A DNA stretch of 64,000 bases from Candidatus Omnitrophota bacterium (GCA_023819375.1 JAMWDI010000001.1:107685-171684), one strand, 5' to 3'; positions 46,460 to 57,415 are shown, counted from the first letter of the stretch. The notes: generated by a model from the letters alone, not told the origin. A program made the numbers and translations.

Positions 46460-47398
46460 TTATACATACTCAATTGTACTTGGTGGTTTTGGAGTTATAT
46501 CATATAAAACTTTAACAACACCAGGAACTTCTTTTAATATTCTATCTCTAATTTTAAATAATCTATCCCAAGGAATTTTTACTACCTCTGCAGTTAAAGC
46601 ATCTTCTGAAATAACTGCTCTAATACTTATTATATCTCCAAGTAATCTTTTACCTTCAACAATTCCTGTTGCTTTATCAGAAAAAAGGACAGGAAATGCT
46701 TGAAAGATTTCTTTTTCTTTAAGTTCTTCTTCTACTATTTTTGTCGCTTTTCTTATTTTTTCTACCCTATCTCTTGTAACTTCACCTAAAATTCTCGTTG
46801 CAAGTCCTGGACCTGGAAAAGGTTTTCTTTCATATACTTTTTTGGGTAACCCCAACTCTTTTGCAACCTCTCTCACTTGAGGTTTAAAAAGTTCTTTCAA
46901 GGGTTCTATAATGGTAAGACCAAAAAAAGCAGGATTTAAGCCTATTTGAGAAAGGACATTATGTTGTGTTTTTATCCCTTTTTGAGTTTCAATAATATCT
47001 GCTGCAATTGTTCCTTGAATTAAAAAATCTGCAGAATAACTCCTCACTGCTTGGCCAAGAATTTTGTAAAAAGTTTCTCTAAATGCCTTCCTTTTTTCTT
47101 CTGGATCTATTTTTCCTTTTAAAGAGTCAAAAAAATTATCCTCAACATCCCATACTTCAAGTTCAATTTCATATTTTTTCAATACCTCTTTTACTTCTTC
47201 TGCCTCATTTTCTCTCATTAAACCATCATTTATAAATAAAACTACAAGATTATCCCCTATTGCTTTTTTGGTAAGAACTGCACAAACGGTACTGTCTACT
47301 CCTCCAGATGTTGCAACTAGTGCTTTTTTATCCTTAATTTTTTTCTTCAGTTCTTCAATTTTTTCTTTTATAAACTTTTTTGGACTAAATTTCGCCAT
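46460..47398 (-). CDS. guaA: GMP synthase ATP-pyrophosphatase subunit (GuaA subunit B type; no fused GATase domain)
   Basis: 312 aa. PP-loop SGGVDS, QGTIAADIIE, EPLKELFK, PFPGPGLATR, DITPKPPSTIEY motifs of the GMP synthase C-terminal domains. Confidence 0.8.
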   Translation of the reverse strand: MAKFSPKKFIKEKIEELKKKIKDKKALVATSGGVDSTVCAVLTKKAIGDNLVVLFINDGLMRENEAEEVKEVLKKYEIELEVWDVEDNFFDSLKGKIDPEEKRKAFRETFYKILGQAVRSYSADFLIQGTIAADIIETQKGIKTQHNVLSQIGLNPAFFGLTIIEPLKELFKPQVREVAKELGLPKKVYERKPFPGPGLATRILGEVTRDRVEKIRKATKIVEEELKEKEIFQAFPVLFSDKATGIVEGKRLLGDIISIRAVISEDALTAEVVKIPWDRLFKIRDRILKEVPGVVKVLYDITPKPPSTIEYV

Positions 47399-47624
47399 TT
47401 ATTTCCCCTCCTTTCTATATTAAAAATTTTTCGAATCTGTCCCTTTCTTTTTTCTATTTTTATCTTTTAAAATAATTTACCCCAGATTTCATGTCAAAAA
47501 GATACTATTGGATTATCTTTATTTTATCATACAAATTAAGAAGTTCAAATTTATATACATTTAAATATTTTTTGTAAAAATAGGGAATTTTACTTTTTAC
47601 ATTGCTAAACTACTTGTTAATATC

Positions 47625-48845
47625 TTAAAATAATGTCATTTCTTCAAAATTATTCCTATCCTCAATTTTAATTTCTATTTTCCCAAACTCTCCATCATAA
47701 CCAGGTTTTATTATCACATTGCCATCTCTCACTTTTTTTATACCCCCAAATATTTTCTCATCAATTTTACTCCTCAGTTCCTCCTCATCTGCTTCGAGAA
47801 GAACATATAATTCTGTTCCAATTTTATTTATAATATCAAAATAACTTTTTTGAACTATTTGAGAAGTTATTTCTTTATTCAAAACACAACTTATTATTTG
47901 ATCAAGTGGAACAAGTTTCTTAAATGGAACATATTTTTGTGGCTTTTCGTCTAATTTCCTATCTGCAAGTTCTTCAACTCTATGCATTACTCCAACAGTA
48001 ACTTTTTTCCCACAAACAGGACAGAGATAATTATTTTTTTTTGTTTCTTCTGGGGAAAGACAAACTCCACAATTTCTGTGGCCGTCATAGTGATATTTCC
48101 CTTCTTCTGGAAAATATTCAATAGTCATTTTAAAATTTTTATTTTTTAGTATTTCTATAAGTTGTTTAAAATCAAATTTATCAAAAAAAACATTTGCTTC
48201 TCTCCCTATCTTTGAAGGCGAATGAGCATCAGAATTTGAAATTAAAGAATATCTGTCTAACCTTGACAATCTCCAGTTCATTTCAGGATCGCTACTTAAA
48301 CCTGTTTCAAGAGCAAAAATTTCACTCGTTAAATCTCCAAAACAATCTTCAATTCTATCAAAACCAGAATTAGAACCAAAAAGAGAAAAATGTGGTGTCC
48401 AAATATGGGCAGGAACAACAAAACCAAATTCATCCACTTCTTTTAAAATTTCTAAAAGTTCTCTTGCAGAAAGTTGTAAAGTTGGACGTCCATCAGCATT
48501 TAAATCACCATACTTTTCAATATTTCTATTGAATTTTTCAACTTTTTCAATAGTTGAGATAAATATTATATTATGAACCTTTTTTGTAACACCTTTATAC
48601 TCAAAAATATTGCATACCTCTCCTGTCAGAATAAAATCAATTCCACCATACTGATAAATGCCAAATCGTTCTGTTTCTTTAAGATTTCTTTTTAACTCAT
48701 GAAACCAGTAAAAATGTGTAATATCTCCCGTTCCAAGGAGATTAATACCCTTATATTTTGCCCACTTCACAAGCCCATCAAGTTCCATATCTTTACTTGT
48801 TGCTCTACTATATTTTGAATGAATATGGAAATCAGCAATATACAT
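47625..48845 (-). CDS. PHP-domain nuclease, endonuclease Q (EndoQ/TIGR00375)-like
   Basis: 406 aa. N-terminal PHP motif YIADFHIHSKYSRATS, further His/Asp metal-ligand blocks, C-terminal zinc finger (CPVCGKK). Confidence 0.55.
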   Translation of the reverse strand: MYIADFHIHSKYSRATSKDMELDGLVKWAKYKGINLLGTGDITHFYWFHELKRNLKETERFGIYQYGGIDFILTGEVCNIFEYKGVTKKVHNIIFISTIEKVEKFNRNIEKYGDLNADGRPTLQLSARELLEILKEVDEFGFVVPAHIWTPHFSLFGSNSGFDRIEDCFGDLTSEIFALETGLSSDPEMNWRLSRLDRYSLISNSDAHSPSKIGREANVFFDKFDFKQLIEILKNKNFKMTIEYFPEEGKYHYDGHRNCGVCLSPEETKKNNYLCPVCGKKVTVGVMHRVEELADRKLDEKPQKYVPFKKLVPLDQIISCVLNKEITSQIVQKSYFDIINKIGTELYVLLEADEEELRSKIDEKIFGGIKKVRDGNVIIKPGYDGEFGKIEIKIEDRNNFEEMTLF

Positions 48846-48847
48846 TG

Positions 48848-49336
48848 TTAAATTTCCTTTTTAAATTCTTTTTTCAAAATTTTGGCAAGTTGGTCAAGTG
48901 ATTGAGGTATTATTTTTGTATTTGATATTACAGGCATAAAATTTGTATCTCCTTGCCACCTTGGAACAATATGAATATGTATATGATCTTCAAGACCTGC
49001 TCCTGATACCTTACCAAGATTTAATCCTATATTGAATCCTTCTGGATTTAGAATTTTCTTTAAAACTTTTACTGATTTCTGTAATAATAAAATCAACTCA
49101 TTAATCTCTTCTTCCTTTAAATCTTCTATTTCTTTAATATGTCTGAAAGGAGCAAGCATTATGTGACCATTATTGTAAGGGAAAATATTCATTATGATAA
49201 AATTATTTTTCCCTTTATAGACAACATACTTATTTTTTTTTAAGTTTACACTTTCACAGAGAAAACACTTATTTTTTTTGACTTTAATGATGTAACCAAT
49301 TCTCCAAGGAGCCCATATTATATCTCTGAAATTCAT
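48848..49336 (-). CDS. HIT-family nucleotide hydrolase/transferase
   Basis: Track ORF begins at a TTG (49372); first ATG is at 49336 (MNFRDIIWAPWR). Histidine triad HIHIHIV. Confidence 0.6.
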   Translation of the reverse strand: MNFRDIIWAPWRIGYIIKVKKNKCFLCESVNLKKNKYVVYKGKNNFIIMNIFPYNNGHIMLAPFRHIKEIEDLKEEEINELILLLQKSVKVLKKILNPEGFNIGLNLGKVSGAGLEDHIHIHIVPRWQGDTNFMPVISNTKIIPQSLDQLAKILKKEFKKEI

Positions 49337-49381
49337 TTTTAAAATTTTAATCCATATAAAAAAATTTTTCAAAAAACTCTT

Positions 49382-50521
49382 TTAACTTAATTCCTTATAA
49401 ATTTCTAAAGTTCTTTTTGCTGTATTTTCCCATGTAAACATTTCACTTCTTTTTAATCCTTTCTCTATTAATTTTTTTCTTAATTCATTATCTTCTATTA
49501 ATTTCAATATAGCCCACCCTATCTCTTCTTCATCTCTTGGATTAACAAGTAAAGCAGCATCTCCTGCCACCTCAGGCATAGATGATACATTTGAAGTTAT
49601 AACTGGAACTCCGCATCTCATTGCTTCAAGTATCGGAAGTCCAAAGCCTTCATATAAAGAAGGATAAATAAATATATCAGAACCACTATAAAGTAAAGGC
49701 AGATCTTGATAAGGAACATAATTTGTAAGAACAATGTCTTTTCTGACTCTCACCGGTAACTCATTCAATTTTTTTAAAAACTCCTTTTTTTTCCATCCCA
49801 ATTTACCACAAATAACAAGTTGATAATCAGGTATCTTTTCTTTAATTTTTGCAAAAGTATTTACCAACCTTATATGATTTTTCTTGGGTTCAACAGTACA
49901 AACACACAACAAGTATTTTTTATAAATTCCGTATTTTCTTTTAATATTTTCAATTCTTTCTTTATCTTCAACTCTATGAAAAAAGTCATCAACTCCTTCA
50001 TAAACAACACTTATTTTTTCTGGTTTAACATTAAAATAATTTATTAAATCTTCTTTTGTTGAATTTGAAACAGTAATTATTTTATCTGATTTTCTTATGG
50101 CACGTATAACAGCAAATTTAAATGTTTCAACTTCTAAGGGATGAAACCAAGAAGGAAAAATGATATATCCTAAATCATGAAAGGTTATAATTTGTTTACC
50201 ATAAATATTTAAACAATAATAAGGCTGAACAAGTATGTGAATTAAATCAAATTTTCCATGTAAAATTTCAACTGGAAAAATCATTTGAAGTGAAGAAACT
50301 AATTTATTTGGAAGTATTTTAACAGATATATAAAAGTTTTCTGATTTAATTTTTCTTTGTAGATAAAATTTTTCTTTATATTTTTCAATACTACATCCAA
50401 ATAGAATATAAAGATTTTCCTTGTCTATCTTAGCAAGATTAGTTACAAGATAATAAGCATACCAACTAATGCCGGTTTTTCTTTTTACAAGAAAACATGA
50501 TATATCAATCCCTATTTTCAT
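49382..50521 (-). CDS. Glycosyltransferase family 4 (GT-B, group 1)
   Basis: 379 aa. E-x7-E region YEGFGLPILEAMRCGVPVITS. Confidence 0.85.
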   Translation of the reverse strand: MKIGIDISCFLVKRKTGISWYAYYLVTNLAKIDKENLYILFGCSIEKYKEKFYLQRKIKSENFYISVKILPNKLVSSLQMIFPVEILHGKFDLIHILVQPYYCLNIYGKQIITFHDLGYIIFPSWFHPLEVETFKFAVIRAIRKSDKIITVSNSTKEDLINYFNVKPEKISVVYEGVDDFFHRVEDKERIENIKRKYGIYKKYLLCVCTVEPKKNHIRLVNTFAKIKEKIPDYQLVICGKLGWKKKEFLKKLNELPVRVRKDIVLTNYVPYQDLPLLYSGSDIFIYPSLYEGFGLPILEAMRCGVPVITSNVSSMPEVAGDAALLVNPRDEEEIGWAILKLIEDNELRKKLIEKGLKRSEMFTWENTAKRTLEIYKELS

Positions 50522-51194
50522 TTTTTATTTGATTTTTAGCCATATAAAGCCAGATAAAAAAAATATTAGGGACTTTTAAGAATATCTGTAAATACATTTT
50601 ATAAAATGCAATTGCTCCTTTTATTCTACTTTTCATCTTTTCTCTTTTTGATATAAATCTTAATCCTTTACACCTTACATTCATAAATTTTAATCTGTTT
50701 TTAACAATGTATTTATCAATTAATGCTTCAACAGCAAAACGAGAATTTTCCAGTCCTTTTATATTTTCAAAAATTTCCCTTTTTATTGCTCTTTCACCCG
50801 AAAAAATATCTATTTTAAAAAATGGTTCGTTACTGTTATCCCTATAAGAAATAGTCATATCAACTTTTCCTTCAATTACTGGTAATAACAAATCTTCAAT
50901 ATGTTTACATGTTAAGCCCTGAAGATCTGCATCTAAAAATAAAATTATGTTGCCTCTTGAATTTTCCACTCCAATCTTCATTGCTTTGCCCTTTCCATAA
51001 TTTCTATCCAGATTAATCACCTTTGCACCTGCTTTTAAGGCTATTTCACTTGTTCTATCATTTGAACCATCATTAACAACTATTATTTCATCAACAAAAT
51101 TACTTTTCTTTACGACATTCAAAACATTTAAAATCCTATATTCCTCATTATAAGCAGGAATCACAACGCTCACCATGTAATCTTTTCTCTCCAT
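50505..51194 (-). CDS. Glycosyltransferase family 2 (polyprenyl-phosphate sugar synthase-like)
   Basis: 229 aa. VVIPAYNEE, NDGSNDRT, DADLQ (DxD) motifs. Confidence 0.8.
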   Translation of the reverse strand: MERKDYMVSVVIPAYNEEYRILNVLNVVKKSNFVDEIIVVNDGSNDRTSEIALKAGAKVINLDRNYGKGKAMKIGVENSRGNIILFLDADLQGLTCKHIEDLLLPVIEGKVDMTISYRDNSNEPFFKIDIFSGERAIKREIFENIKGLENSRFAVEALIDKYIVKNRLKFMNVRCKGLRFISKREKMKSRIKGAIAFYKMYLQIFLKVPNIFFIWLYMAKNQIKNENRD

Positions 51195-52578
51195 TCTTTA
51201 ACGAAAGCAACTTTTCTTTATTTTCTATTATATATTTTTTAAGTATTTTTTTCTTGTTTGGTAATTTATTTTCTACTACAAGATTTTCAAGATGCTCCTT
51301 TATTATACCAACTTTTTTACCTTGTGGGATTTTTAAAATTTCCATAATATCAAATCCATTTATTGCAAGTTTAAAAGATGAAAGTTTATCTTTTTTATTA
51401 ATCTCTTTAATTCTTTCTTCTAATTTTGCCAATCTTGTCAATGCTTCCTTAATTTTTTGAGGATTCCTACTTGTCAAATCACTTTTTGCGATTATAAAAA
51501 GGGCTTTCATATCTTTACCAACTTCTCTTATAAATCTTCTTATTGCACTATCTGTTGGATTTTCTTTTGCAAGAAGATGGGGTCTTAAATGAAATCTTAT
51601 AAGTTTCCCTATAAATCTTGAATTTTCTTCTCCAATTTTCAATCTTTTACAAATATTATAAGCCAATTTTTCTCCTACAAATTCATGTCTATGAAAACTA
51701 ACTTTTCCTTTTTCAATCTTTAAAGTGTAGGGTTTTCCTATATCATGGAGTAAAGCAGAAAGTCGTATATAAACATTTTTTGTAAGTTTTGAAGTATTAT
51801 CAAGTGTTTTTAAAGTATGAGAAAACAAATCTTTACAAGGATGGTCAGTCCTTTGCTCTTTTAAATTGGCTATTTCTGGAAGAATAATTTCAAGAAGGCC
51901 TATTTTATCCATTAATTCAAAACCAATTGAAGGATGAGAACATTCAAGTATTTTCATAATTTCATCTGCAATTCTTTCTTCACTAACAATCTTTATTCTT
52001 TCCTTATTTTTCTTCATTCCCTCCAAAGTATTTGGTTCAACTTCAAATTTAAATTTTGTTGCAAATCTTACTCCTCTTAAAATTCTTAAAGGGTCATCAT
52101 AGAAAGTTTTATCTGGATCTATAGGAGTTCTTATAATTTTCTTTTTTATATCAATTCTACCATTAAAGGGATCAAGTATCTCCCCTGTTATTAAATTCTG
52201 GGCTATTGCATTTATAGTAAAATCCCTTCTTTTAAGATCTTCATAAATTGATGCTTTTTCTACAAAAGGTTTTCTAGAATCCTCAGGATAACTCTCTTTT
52301 CTGGCAGTTGCAAATTCAAGTTTAATATCATTTACTTCTATCATTGCAGTCCCAAATCTACCGTAAAATATTGGTGATGGCAGACTAAACATTTCCGCAA
52401 ATTCCTTTGCAATTTGTAAAGCATCTTCTTCCATTACAAAATCTATATCTTTACTTTTTCTCTTCAAAATTTTATCTCTAATATATCCCCCAACAAGATA
52501 TATTTGAATGTTTTTCTTTAAAGCAAACTCCCTCATTTTTTCTATTATTTCTTCTGATTCAATTCTTTTCTTTTTCAT
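51148..52578 (-). CDS. cca: tRNA nucleotidyltransferase (CCA-adding enzyme) with HD domain
   Basis: 476 aa. Pol-beta-type head (YLVGGYIRD, DIDF), RRDFTINA, C-terminal HD domain (LLHDIGK). Confidence 0.8.
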   Translation of the reverse strand: MKKKRIESEEIIEKMREFALKKNIQIYLVGGYIRDKILKRKSKDIDFVMEEDALQIAKEFAEMFSLPSPIFYGRFGTAMIEVNDIKLEFATARKESYPEDSRKPFVEKASIYEDLKRRDFTINAIAQNLITGEILDPFNGRIDIKKKIIRTPIDPDKTFYDDPLRILRGVRFATKFKFEVEPNTLEGMKKNKERIKIVSEERIADEIMKILECSHPSIGFELMDKIGLLEIILPEIANLKEQRTDHPCKDLFSHTLKTLDNTSKLTKNVYIRLSALLHDIGKPYTLKIEKGKVSFHRHEFVGEKLAYNICKRLKIGEENSRFIGKLIRFHLRPHLLAKENPTDSAIRRFIREVGKDMKALFIIAKSDLTSRNPQKIKEALTRLAKLEERIKEINKKDKLSSFKLAINGFDIMEILKIPQGKKVGIIKEHLENLVVENKLPNKKKILKKYIIENKEKLLSLKNGEKRLHGERCDSCL

Positions 52579-52937
52579 CTTTCAATTCCATATATAACTT
52601 CTTCTATTTCAATAAAGTCAACCTTATAACCCTTTAAAAGTTTTTTCAAATTGCCTTTACCAATTGAATTAATTGGAACTATTAAATTTTGAGAAATTAA
52701 GAAATTCTTTCCAACTTTTACATATCCACCATTTTTACCAGACAATAATACACCTATGTATCCTTTTTCATCCTTGCATAAATAACCATTTACTGGTGTA
52801 TTTGTGAAGTTTGAAAAATTGCCCCACACACTACAAACCCTCATTCTTCTTATTTTTCCTATTTCATCCCTTATTTTTATACTTTTTATCTCAACCTTAT
52901 TTAATCCTATTTCAAATTTACCTATTTTTTTCCACAT
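52575..52937 (-). CDS. Hypothetical protein
   Basis: 120 aa, ATGA-type overlap with cca, Gly/Lys-rich, no recognisable motif. Confidence 0.3.
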   Translation of the reverse strand: MWKKIGKFEIGLNKVEIKSIKIRDEIGKIRRMRVCSVWGNFSNFTNTPVNGYLCKDEKGYIGVLLSGKNGGYVKVGKNFLISQNLIVPINSIGKGNLKKLLKGYKVDFIEIEEVIYGIER

Positions 52938-54108
52938 TTTTCATATTTATTTTTTGTAAATATAAAAAAATCAAAGAAATGATTTCTACAATGAAAACAT
53001 AAAACCAAATAATTTTAAAATTTCTTTCATATAAAAAGCCAACAATTCCACTGCCAATAAAAAGTCCAAATCCATAAATAGTATTGAAAATTCCATATAC
53101 AAATCCTCTTTGACTAATTCTTACTAAATCTGCAATAACTGCCCTTAAAATCGTTTCATGACACCCTATAATTATACCCAAAATTATTACTCCTAATAGA
53201 GGAAAATTGAGATTAAAAATTAAAACAGGGATAAATATTGTAAAAACTGGAACAACAATCAAAGTTTTAAATTTTATTCTATCATATAAATTTCCTATAA
53301 TTAACGCGATAATTCCATCGATTGCCATAGAGAGTGTATAAAAAAGAGGAATGTTAGAAAGAGGGATAGTATTTTTAATATGATAAGCAATAATTGGAAA
53401 GTTTACAAGACCCACTATTGAAAAAAATATAAAAAATAAATAGAAAATCAGTGAATAATTTGGACTTTCTTTATCCTGTTTAATTTCTTTTATCTCAACA
53501 GCAAAACTGTAAATTTTTTTTAAGATAATAATTACGCAAACAAGAAAAAAACATGGAAACCACATCAAATGAAAGGCAAAAGAATAGTTTCCAAATTTTT
53601 TAAGTGAATAAAAGAATATAAATGGACCTAAAAATGCTCCAATCTGATCCAGTACCTCGTGAATACCAAAACTTTTTCCATATCCAATATTCTTACCAAC
53701 AATTGAAATTAAAACATCTCGTGCAGGTGTTCTAATAGCCTTTCCAGTTCTTTCAATTAGTAGCAATAAAACTGCAATTTCCCAACTTTTTGCAAAAGCG
53801 AGCAATGGAAGAAAACAAATTGAAAGATATCCTATAATTGTAAATAACCAATATGACTTTTTTTTGTCAGAAAAATATCCAGTAAAAAATCTTAAAGAAT
53901 ATGTTAAAAACTCACCTAATCCAGAAAAAAAGCCAATTATGAAAGCACTTGCCCCAAGAGAAGCAAGAAAAGGGCCATTTATACTTCTTATTCCTTCATA
54001 AACAATATCACCGAATAAACTTACTAAACCAAAAAGTAGTATTATATAAAATGCTTGATTTCTCATAAAGTAAAGTTTACTATACTTGACATTTAAAGAC
54101 AAATCCAA
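52918..54108 (-). CDS. Major facilitator superfamily transporter
   Basis: 396 aa with about 12 hydrophobic segments in two six-helix halves. Confidence 0.7.
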   Translation of the reverse strand: MDLSLNVKYSKLYFMRNQAFYIILLFGLVSLFGDIVYEGIRSINGPFLASLGASAFIIGFFSGLGEFLTYSLRFFTGYFSDKKKSYWLFTIIGYLSICFLPLLAFAKSWEIAVLLLLIERTGKAIRTPARDVLISIVGKNIGYGKSFGIHEVLDQIGAFLGPFIFFYSLKKFGNYSFAFHLMWFPCFFLVCVIIILKKIYSFAVEIKEIKQDKESPNYSLIFYLFFIFFSIVGLVNFPIIAYHIKNTIPLSNIPLFYTLSMAIDGIIALIIGNLYDRIKFKTLIVVPVFTIFIPVLIFNLNFPLLGVIILGIIIGCHETILRAVIADLVRISQRGFVYGIFNTIYGFGLFIGSGIVGFLYERNFKIIWFYVFIVEIISLIFLYLQKINMKNVEKNR

Positions 54109-54136
54109 TAAAATTAAAATTATGGAGGTATAGGAA

Positions 54137-55114
54137 ATGAAAAAAGAGATTGTTGCTTTATTAGAATACTGGGAAAAAGAAAAAGGGATTGAAAAAAGTT
54201 ATTTAATAGAATCTCTTGAGGATGGACTTTTGACTGTTTATAGAAAAAAAGCAGGACTTCCTGAAGATATCAGAATAAAAATAGATTGTGAAAGTGGAGA
54301 TATAAAATTCATTAATGAAAAAGGCGAAGAAGTTCCTCCACCTAATTTCCCATGGGCAAGAATCGCTGCTCAAACTGCAAGACAAGTTTTACTTCAAAAA
54401 ATAAGAGAAGCCGAAAAAAATACTATATACAAGGAATTTAAAAAACTTGAAGGAGAAATTATAAGCGGAATTGTTGAAAGATTTGAAAATGAAAATATTG
54501 TTGTTACTATTGGGAAAAAGGCAGAAGGACTTCTTCCTCATCATCACAGACTTGCAAATGATCACTTTAGAATTGGTGATGGAATAAAATGTTATCTTCT
54601 TGAAGTTAGACCACCTTCTAAAGGAAATTATCAGTTAATACTTTCAAGAACACATCCAGATTTTGTAAGGAAACTACTTGAAAATGAAATACCTGAAATA
54701 AAGGAGAAAATTGTTGAAATAAAGGCACTGGCAAGATTTCCAGGAGATCTTACTAAAGTTGCTGTATATTCAAATAATGAAAAGGTTGATCCTGTAGGAA
54801 CGTGCATAGGAGATAAGGCAGCAAGAATTAAAAATATAGTAAAAGAATTGAAAGGAGAGAAAATAGAAGTTATTCCGTGGGATGAGAATATAGTTAATTT
54901 TATAAAAAATTCCTTAGCACCAGCCAAAACAAAGGAAGTTTATATAAATGAAGAAAAAAAAGAGGCAATTGTAATTGTTGATGATGACCAATTATTCCTT
55001 GCAATTGGCAAAAAAGGACAAAATGTTCGTCTTGCTTCAAAATTGACTGGCTGGAACATTAAAGTCTTTAAAACATCTGAATATAAAAAGGAAACTGCTG
55101 AAAATTTAAAATGA
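54137..55114 (+). CDS. nusA: Transcription termination/antitermination factor NusA (short form, no C-terminal AR repeats)
   Basis: 325 aa. S1 domain ([11 protein letters not shown]), two KH domains ([27 protein letters not shown]). Immediately upstream of infB. Confidence 0.85.
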   Translation: MKKEIVALLEYWEKEKGIEKSYLIESLEDGLLTVYRKKAGLPEDIRIKIDCESGDIKFINEKGEEVPPPNFPWARIAAQTARQVLLQKIREAEKNTIYKEFKKLEGEIISGIVERFENENIVVTIGKKAEGLLPHHHRLANDHFRIGDGIKCYLLEVRPPSKGNYQLILSRTHPDFVRKLLENEIPEIKEKIVEIKALARFPGDLTKVAVYSNNEKVDPVGTCIGDKAARIKNIVKELKGEKIEVIPWDENIVNFIKNSLAPAKTKEVYINEEKKEAIVIVDDDQLFLAIGKKGQNVRLASKLTGWNIKVFKTSEYKKETAENLK

Positions 55115-57051
55115 GAATATACGAATTATCTAAACAATATAATAAGCCGATAAAAGAAATTTTAGAAATTTTAGAAAAGATTGGAATTAAAGGCAAAAAG
55201 TCTTTAAGTTCTCTAAAAGATGAAGAATTAAAAAAAGTTGAAGAAGTTTTTAAAAAAGAAGAATTAAAAAAAGTTGAAGAAAAACCTGTTGAAGAAAAAA
55301 AGAAAATTATTTTTAAAGGAAATGAAACAGTTAAAGAAATCGCTGAAAAAATACAAATTCCACCAAATGAAATCTTGAAATATTTATTAAATTTAAAAAT
55401 TGTTGTCAATGTAAATCAAAAACTTGAAAAAAGTGTAATTGAAAAAATCTGTGAAAAATTTAATATATTACCTGTTTTTGAAGAAGAAAAAATAATATTA
55501 CCTGAAAAAAAGAAAGAAGAACCAGAACCAATTTTTGTTAAAAGAGCTCCAGTAGTTACAATTATGGGACATGTTGATCATGGGAAAACAACAATACTTG
55601 ATAAAATACGCAAAAGTAGAATTGCTGAAAAGGAAGTTGGACAAATAACCCAAAAAATAGGTGCTTATAAAGTCAATCTTCCCGAGGGTTCCATCGTTTT
55701 TCTTGATACACCAGGACACGAAGCATTTACAGCAATGAGAGCAATGGGTGCTAAAGTAACAGATATTGTAGTTCTTGTTGTAGCTGCTGATGAAGGTGTA
55801 AAACCTCAAACTATTGAAGCATTAAATCATGCAAAATCAGCAAATGTCCCTATAATAGTTGCAATAAATAAAATTGATAAACCGAATATAAATCCTGAAA
55901 TAATTAAACAACAACTTTCTGAACACGGATTAATTCCAGAAGAATGGGGCGGAGACACTGTTTATGTAAAAGTTTCTGGATTAACAGGCGAGGGAATTAA
56001 TGAACTTCTTGAAATGATACTTCTTGTTGGAGAAATGCTTGAATTAAAAGCCCAAATAAATTGCAAAGGAGAAGGAACAGTTATTGAATCATCTTTGGAT
56101 AGATTTAGAGGACCTGTAATAAGTGTAATTGTTGAAAAAGGAAAATTAAAAGTCGGAGACCCATTTATAGCAGGAACTACTTGGGGAAAAATTAGAGCAA
56201 TGTTTGATGACTGGGGAAATCGTTTAGAAGAAGCAGACCCCTCTACTCCTGTTGAAATATTGGGTGCACACGATATTGTGGTTCCAGGAAGTAAATTTAA
56301 AGTTGTTGACTCAGATAAAGAAGCAAAAGAATTTGCAGAAAGGATTGAAGAAGAAAGAAAAAAAACAGTTATACCTGTCAAAAGATTAAGTTTGAAAGAT
56401 CTGTATGAAGAGATTAAAAAGGGAGAAGTTAAAGAATTAAATATAATTCTTAAAACTGATTTTTATAATTCCATAGATGCAATCAAAAATGTAATAAGCA
56501 AAATTCCTCAAAATGAAATAAAAATTAATATTCTTCATGCTGGAACTGGACCAATAAGTGAATCGGATGTTCTACTTGCTTCAGCCTCCAATGGTATTAT
56601 TCTTGGATTTAAAGTACCTGTAGATCCTAAAGCAAAAGAAATAGCCAAAAAAGAAAATGTTGAAATAAGAACTTATGAAATTATCTATGATATTGGAGAT
56701 GAACTTGTTAAAGCAATTGAAGGAATGCTTGAACCAGAAATTAAAGAAGAATTACAAGGACAAGCCCTTGTAAAAAAGGTGTTTAAACTTTCAAAAAATT
56801 TAGTTGTAGCAGGATGTCTTGTTGTTGATGGTAAAGTAATAAAAAATTCAAAGGTTAAAATTGTAAGAAATGGAAAAATAATCTTTGAAGGCGTTCTTTC
56901 AAGTTTAAAAAGATTTAAGGAAAGTGTAAATGAAGTAAGTTATAACAATGAATGTGGAATAGGAATTGATAATTTTTATGATTTTCAAGAAGGGGACATA
57001 ATACAATGTTATGCCCTTGTTGAAGTTCCTAGAAAACTAAAAGGAGTTTAA
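55111..57051 (+). CDS. infB: Translation initiation factor IF-2
   Basis: 646 aa. G-domain motifs [22 protein letters not shown] overlap with nusA. Confidence 0.95.
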   Translation: MRIYELSKQYNKPIKEILEILEKIGIKGKKSLSSLKDEELKKVEEVFKKEELKKVEEKPVEEKKKIIFKGNETVKEIAEKIQIPPNEILKYLLNLKIVVNVNQKLEKSVIEKICEKFNILPVFEEEKIILPEKKKEEPEPIFVKRAPVVTIMGHVDHGKTTILDKIRKSRIAEKEVGQITQKIGAYKVNLPEGSIVFLDTPGHEAFTAMRAMGAKVTDIVVLVVAADEGVKPQTIEALNHAKSANVPIIVAINKIDKPNINPEIIKQQLSEHGLIPEEWGGDTVYVKVSGLTGEGINELLEMILLVGEMLELKAQINCKGEGTVIESSLDRFRGPVISVIVEKGKLKVGDPFIAGTTWGKIRAMFDDWGNRLEEADPSTPVEILGAHDIVVPGSKFKVVDSDKEAKEFAERIEEERKKTVIPVKRLSLKDLYEEIKKGEVKELNIILKTDFYNSIDAIKNVISKIPQNEIKINILHAGTGPISESDVLLASASNGIILGFKVPVDPKAKEIAKKENVEIRTYEIIYDIGDELVKAIEGMLEPEIKEELQGQALVKKVFKLSKNLVVAGCLVVDGKVIKNSKVKIVRNGKIIFEGVLSSLKRFKESVNEVSYNNECGIGIDNFYDFQEGDIIQCYALVEVPRKLKGV

Positions 57052-57053
57052 AA

Positions 57054-57389
57054 ATGGATTGTGTATTTTGTAAAATAATAAAAAATGAGATAAAAAGTGA
57101 AAAAATTTACGAAGATGAGGATGTCATATGTATAAGAGATATAAATCCACAGGCACCAATCCATATTTTAATAATTCCTAAAAAACATATTGAAAAACTT
57201 TATCAAACAGATGAAATTGAACTTCTTGGAAAAATGTTAAAAATTGCATGCTTAATGGCAGAAAAAGAAAAAATCAAAGAGTCAGGATTCAGAATAGTTA
57301 TAAATACAAACAGAAATGCAGGCCAAAGTGTAGAACATATTCATTTTCATCTTTTAGGTGGAAGGGTAATGCTTTGGCCACCTGGTTAA
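57054..57389 (+). CDS. Histidine triad nucleotide-binding protein (HINT-like)
   Basis: 111 aa with HIHFHLLGG histidine triad. Confidence 0.8.
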   Translation: MDCVFCKIIKNEIKSEKIYEDEDVICIRDINPQAPIHILIIPKKHIEKLYQTDEIELLGKMLKIACLMAEKEKIKESGFRIVINTNRNAGQSVEHIHFHLLGGRVMLWPPG

Positions 57390-57415
57390 AAAATATAATA
57401 TGAATTTTTATAAAA

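Noticed and set aside
47399-47624. Short peptides (10-26 aa) readable on either strand of the 226-bp intergenic region
   Set aside because: No Shine-Dalgarno, arbitrary composition, too short to support without conservation data.
52575-52937. Possible functional assignment for the 120-aa ORF overlapping the cca gene
   Set aside because: No recognisable motif. Kept as hypothetical rather than guessing a family.
55962-56381. 139-aa minus-strand ORF inside infB
   Set aside because: Antisense to the highly conserved IF-2 G-domain region; Ser/Thr-rich low-complexity product.
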